Position numbers and translations under genes: made by a program. 64,000 nucleotides of DNA, taken from assembly GCA_963819775.1 (NCBI GenBank), contig CAWFXM010000012.1, positions 391,319-455,318 of the forward strand, in the 5' to 3' direction. A model generated the notes under the pieces. That model was not told where the DNA came from, ran no database searches, and was given only the letters and a program-made list of their open reading frames with translations. Shown here piece by piece: positions 60,135 through 64,000 of this stretch; positions within the stretch are counted from its first letter, which is position 1, and every line of letters starts with the position of its first letter. The DNA is from an uncultured Alphaproteobacteria bacterium (GTDB lineage: Bacteria > Pseudomonadota > Alphaproteobacteria > Rhizobiales > Hyphomicrobiaceae).

Positions 60135-60383
60135 CTATTTTTTCTTCTGGGTCAGGGCCGATGCGGCGGCCGACTTGGCGTCTTTCGAGGCCTTGGGGTC
60201 CTTCAGCACCTTGGCGGCGGCGCTGGCCACTGTCTTGCCGGTCTTTTCGGTCGAACCCTTCTGCGTCAGCGCCGATGCCGCGACCGACTTCTCGGCCTTC
60301 GACGCCGTCTTGCTCTTCATCACCCGCGCGGCGGCCGACGCCGCGGTTTTTCCGGTGCTTTCGGACTTGGGCTTGGCAGCCAT
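60135..60383 (-). CDS. Small Lys/Ala/Ser-rich repeat protein, hypothetical
   Basis: The start MAAKPKSESTGK is preceded by RBS aggagac. It has an internal repeat KS.AASALTQK x2. 82 aa. Confidence 0.4.
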   Translation of the reverse strand: MAAKPKSESTGKTAASAAARVMKSKTASKAEKSVAASALTQKGSTEKTGKTVASAAAKVLKDPKASKDAKSAAASALTQKKK

Positions 60384-60640
60384 GGAATTTGTCTCCTGTC
60401 GAAGCTGTTGCGTCGAACGCCGCACGAATCACACGAACAGCGTAGATCGCCAGGGCGCACGTACAAGTCTCGGCATACATGGCGACGGTGGATGGCGGTG
60501 CAATTCGCGGTCCGCTGTGGCGCGCGCGGGCAGACGGGGCGGCGTTGACTTTTTGCGGCCACGCACGCCAATAGGCGCCTTCGCATCCGATATCGTTCTC
60601 CGCCCGATGCCTGTTTGAAGCCCGCACCAAGGATCAATCC

Positions 60641-61502
60641 ATGGCCCACGCCGACCTCAAGACGACGATCGAAGCTGCCTGGGAGGCGCGCGACGGCGTC
60701 AAGACCGACACCAAGGGCGCCGTGCGCGACGCGGTGGAGACCGCGCTCGATCTGTTGGACAAGGGCAAGGCGCGCGTGGCTGAGAAGGGCGCGGACGGCA
60801 AATGGGTCGTCAACCAGTGGCTGAAGAAGGCCGTGCTGCTGTCGTTCCGGCTCAGTGACAACCAGATCATGCCGTTCCAGAAGAGCGGCACCTATGCGAG
60901 CCGAGCTCAGGGCTACGACAAGGTTCCTTTGAAGTATGCCGACTGGTCGGCCGACCAGTTCAAAGCCGCGGGTTTCCGCGCGGTGCCGGGCGCCATCGTG
61001 CGCCACTCGGCCTTACATCGCGCCGGGCGCCATCCTGATGCCGTCGTTCGTCAACCTCGGCGCCTATGTCGATACGGGCACCATGGTCGACACCTGGGTC
61101 ACCGTCGGCTCGTGCGCGCAGATCGGCAAGAACGTGCATCTGTCGGGCGGCGTCGGCATCGGCGGCGTGCTGGAGCCGATGCAGGCCGGGCCGACCATCA
61201 TCGAGGACAACTGCTTCATCGGCGCGCGCTCGGAGGTCGTCGAGGGCGTCGTCGTCGGCGAGGGCTCGGTACTGTCGATGGGTGTGTTCATCGGCTCGTC
61301 CACGACGATCATCGACCGCGCCACGGGCGAGCGCTTCATGGGCCGCGTGCCGCCGTACTCGGTCGTGGTGTCGGGGTCGCTGCCGGGCAAGCCGCTGCCC
61401 GATGGCTCGCCCGGCCCGTCGCTCTATTGCGCGGTGATCGTCAAGCGCGTCGACGAGAAGACGCGGTCCAAGACCTCGATCAACGAGCTGCTTCGGGATT
61501 GA
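60641..61502 (+). CDS. dapD: Tetrahydrodipicolinate N-succinyltransferase; 1-nt insertion near 61013
   Basis: ORF 60641-61510 ([18 protein letters not shown]...[14 protein letters not shown]) shifts at VRHSA into ORF 60936-61502 ([20 protein letters not shown]..., hexapeptide repeats). The span is 3n+1. Confidence 0.9.
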
Positions 61503-61619
61503 TGGGTTGACCGATTGGCCGTGGGCTCGTCCTGCGCCGCCCGGCAGATCCAGCCTCTCGTCTTGGTTCGACCATCCGCTCCCTGCATGCTACGCTCAAC
61601 TGCAAGTGTGGAGGTCCTC

Positions 61620-61847
61620 ATGGCTTTTGTAACCGCTGATGTCGTCCCTGATCCCGGCAATGATCCCCCGTTCAAGGTGGTGTTCATGCAGGGCAAGACC
61701 GTGATTGCGGAATGGCCCGTCGAGTTGGCCAAGGAGGGCGAGGAACAGATCCTCGAATTCATCAAGTCGGCGTTCGAAGAAGAGGATGATGAAGAAGAGG
61801 AGACGAAGACGACGGCGGCGACGCCGTCGGCGGCAGTCCGCAAGTAG
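61620..61847 (+). CDS. Small acidic hypothetical protein
   Basis: RBS ggagg at 61609-61613. It reads MAFVTADVVPDPGNDPPFKVVFMQGKTVIAEWPV...EEEDDEEEE. 75 aa. Confidence 0.4.
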   Translation: MAFVTADVVPDPGNDPPFKVVFMQGKTVIAEWPVELAKEGEEQILEFIKSAFEEEDDEEEETKTTAATPSAAVRK

Positions 61848-62001
61848 GCTGCCCGCGGCGTGAGTTCCGCATTCGGCGCGTCGGATGCAGCGCCCGGGGT
61901 GTTGCATCCGCCCTCGCCGGTCTCGAGGCTGCCGTATCACGCGACGAGCAGGGTGAGACAGGTCGACATGACCTGTGTGCAACGATGGACGGGCATCCGC
62001 A

Positions 62002-62415
62002 ATGAGAAGTCTGCCGACAGCATTGCGTGTGTTGCCGAAGGTGCGTGTCCTGGCCTTGGGTATGGCTATGGTTGGCGCCGTGGCGCAGCCGGCCGGCGCA
62101 TTCTTCTGCTTCAATTTTTCGTTTGGCTTCGGTCCGAGTCAGGCGTGGGGTCCAGCAGGACCAGCATACTCGCCGTGGCCGGGGGGCGTCCGCCGATGGC
62201 GATGTCGGGCCCGCCCCTCGTGCCCGGTCCTTATGGGCAAGCCTACCCTTATGGGCAAGCTTTCCATGCTCCCGGTCAGCGTGGACTCCGCGGGCACGCC
62301 TGGACTCACTGCTCAGCCCTGGGGTCAGGCGTCGCCGGCATGGCGGCCGATCGCGCCGCCCCGCCAGTTCCAGCCGCCACTCCCGGTTCAACGGTTTTGG
62401 GGGCCGCCGCGCTGA
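62002..62415 (+). CDS. Possible secreted Pro/Gly/Trp-rich small protein, frame uncertain
   Basis: A signal-like MRSLPTALRVLPKVRVLALGMAMVGAVAQPAGA lies within ORF 61975-62415. The overlapping frame 61860-62576 carries PPLVPGPYGQAYPYGQAF. Confidence 0.25.
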   Translation: MRSLPTALRVLPKVRVLALGMAMVGAVAQPAGAFFCFNFSFGFGPSQAWGPAGPAYSPWPGGVRRWRCRARPSCPVLMGKPTLMGKLSMLPVSVDSAGTPGLTAQPWGQASPAWRPIAPPRQFQPPLPVQRFWGPPR

Positions 62416-62470
62416 TTGACGCGACGGCACCGGCAAATTTCACGGCGGGAAGCTTTCGCCGGCAGGCGCC

Positions 62471-62748
62471 TCAGCAGTTATTGTCGTACTTGCGGCATGC
62501 CCACCGCTCACCCTCGTCGTTACAGAGGCGCCGCCAGCGCCGGCAGGTGCGGTCGTGCCCATCGTCCGACTCGTAGCGGCGGCCGTGTCTTCCGCTTTCG
62601 CCGCCTCGTTCAGGATGATGCCGGTGGCCAAGGCCGCACCGACGCCGATGGCGATGTTGCGCCCGGTGTGGTTCTTCTTGGCGTCGGCCTGCCCTGCGCT
62701 TCCCAGCATCAAAACTGCTGCGAGCACTGCTGCAATAACCTTAGTCAT
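62471..62748 (-). CDS. Small secreted glycine-zipper protein with a Cys/Trp-rich C-terminal tail; a 1-nt deletion lies near 62590
   Basis: ORF 62440-62748 begins MTKVIAAVLAAVLMLGSAGQADA..NIAIGVGAALATGIILNEAA. After a shift the tail reads GRRYESDDGHDRTCRRWRRLCNDEGERWACRKYDNNC and stops at 62471. The span is 3n+2. Confidence 0.4.
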
Positions 62749-62934
62749 GTCAAATAGCTCCCCGCTAGGGTTCAGTAGTCGTCACTGGCATTCTGGGACG
62801 GATCTGATGTTGGTTCAATAGAAGAGACGAGTGGGTCTTTCGAAATCCCTTATTGCAATGAATGCAGGCGACGGACTGCCGCGTTTTCAGGCGCTCCATT
62901 GACGCCCTTGCCGCTCCCCGGCACAACGTCAACC

Positions 62935-63720
62935 ATGTACCGCACCCTTGACGCCGACCGCATCATTGCGACGATCGCGACGCTCGAGCAGCGCATCGCC
63001 GCGCGCTTTCCGGATGCCGGGCTCCGCAAAGTCTGCAACGAGCTGCTCGAGGTTGCCCGCGACAGCAAACTGCGCGCCGCCACAGCCGCACGCCCCAACC
63101 GCGGCTTGCGCCTTGGAGTTGCGGCGTTGCTCGGGCTCGGTCTGCTGTTGCTCGCCTACGTCGCGTCGATCATCGAGGTGAAGCGCGACGCCGAAAATCT
63201 CTACGGCGTGCTGCAGGGGATCGATGCGGCAATGAACATTCTCGTGCTGATGGGCGCGGGGGTGCTGTTCCTGCTCACGGTGGAGGCGCGGTCGAACCGG
63301 GCCCGCGCGCTCGCCGAGCTCAACGAGTTGCGCTCGATCGTCCACGTCATCGACATGCATCAGCTGACCAAGGATCCGAGCGCGCACGCCACCGTCGGTA
63401 CCGGGACCCCGGTCTCGCCGCAACGCCAGCTCACGCCGTTCGAACTCGTGCGCTATCTCGACTATTGCTCGGAGATGTTGTCGCTCGCGGCCAAGGTGGC
63501 GGCGCTCTATGCCCAGGAGACGCGCGACCCCGTGGTGATCGAAACCGAAAGCGATCTGGTGCAGATCACCTCCAACCTCTCGAACAAGATCTGGCAAAAG
63601 ATCACCATCGTGCAGTACCACTTGGCCGCCGACGATGCCGCCAAGGCCGGTTCCGCCGGATTGCCGCCGGTCGCCACTGCAATTCCCGTCCAACCCAGTC
63701 GCCAGGTCCTCGAGCCGTGA
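62935..63720 (+). CDS. Conserved-looking hypothetical membrane protein (two TM helices)
   Basis: ATG at 62935 within ORF 62899-63720. TM segments are [23 protein letters not shown] and [17 protein letters not shown]. Confidence 0.5.
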   Translation: MYRTLDADRIIATIATLEQRIAARFPDAGLRKVCNELLEVARDSKLRAATAARPNRGLRLGVAALLGLGLLLLAYVASIIEVKRDAENLYGVLQGIDAAMNILVLMGAGVLFLLTVEARSNRARALAELNELRSIVHVIDMHQLTKDPSAHATVGTGTPVSPQRQLTPFELVRYLDYCSEMLSLAAKVAALYAQETRDPVVIETESDLVQITSNLSNKIWQKITIVQYHLAADDAAKAGSAGLPPVATAIPVQPSRQVLEP

Positions 63721-63725
63721 AGCCA

Positions 63726-64000
63726 ATGACCCTCGCCGATACCCCGCTCGCAACTGATCCGGTTGCGCTGGCGCAGGCGTTGATCCGCTGCCGCAGCGTG
63801 ACCCCTGACGAAGGCGGCGCGCTGACGCTGCTGCAGAGCGTGCTCGAGCCGTTGGGCTTCGTCTGCCATCGCATGACGTTTTCGGAGCCCGGCACGCCCG
63901 ACGTCGAGAACCTGTATGCGCGGCGCGGCACGGCGGGGCCGAACCTCTGCTTCGCTGGTCACACCGATGTCGTGCCAGTCGGCGACGCGGCAGCCTGGAC
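63726..64000 (+). CDS. dapE: Succinyl-diaminopimelate desuccinylase, 5' part (runs off the window)
   Basis: Manual translation gives [87 protein letters not shown]. Confidence 0.85.
   Translation, partial: MTLADTPLATDPVALAQALIRCRSVTPDEGGALTLLQSVLEPLGFVCHRMTFSEPGTPDVENLYARRGTAGPNLCFAGHTDVVPVGDAAAW

Noticed and set aside
60545-60573. A sigma70-type promoter for dapD (TTGACT-N17-CCAATA).
   Set aside because: The -10 hexamer is poor and I cannot verify it without transcript data, so I did not list it as a feature.
61555-61585. A tRNA-like T-arm (ggttcga..) in the dapD downstream region.
   Set aside because: No acceptor, anticodon or D-arm can be built around it, and the T-loop consensus GGTTCGAATCC is not matched.

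Overview
This is a visibly high-GC alphaproteobacterial chromosome segment. The core gene order (zur-znuC-znuB, hisC-tyrC, SAM-II riboswitch-metX-metW, ald, lysA, argH divergent from tlpA, dapD ... dapE) looks Bradyrhizobium/Rhodopseudomonas-like, which is an inference. I call about 50 genes.

Left 24 kb (envelope/accessory):
- The first 6 kb of a giant repeat adhesin gene with near-identical 330-bp repeats.
- An ATPase-less TolC / HlyD / GAF-HlyD / M50-protease-HlyD cassette.
- A tightly coupled five-gene operon built around SrfB-like and SrfC-like proteins, plus a Sel1 membrane protein, a secreted coiled-coil repeat protein and a PstS-like/OmpA fusion. This is my top candidate for an uncharacterised system.

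Middle:
- A TctC-type binding protein.
- A cytochrome b561 / class II cytochrome c pair preceded by a six-copy dyad-motif array.
- An orphan ~1,119-aa membrane/coiled-coil protein.
- Two REP-like repeat clusters in inverted orientation.
- Zinc uptake genes.
- A secreted GH114 plus thermonuclease pair.
- An endostatin-like secreted protein.

Right: amino-acid biosynthesis housekeeping genes.

I saw no rRNA, tRNA, CRISPR, transposase or integrase.

Caveat: there are roughly 20 or more reading-frame breaks, including in argH, dapD and metW, and most are single extra bases. I therefore annotate split ORFs as single genes and suspect indel errors rather than gene decay. All family assignments come from reading the translations and no searches were run.
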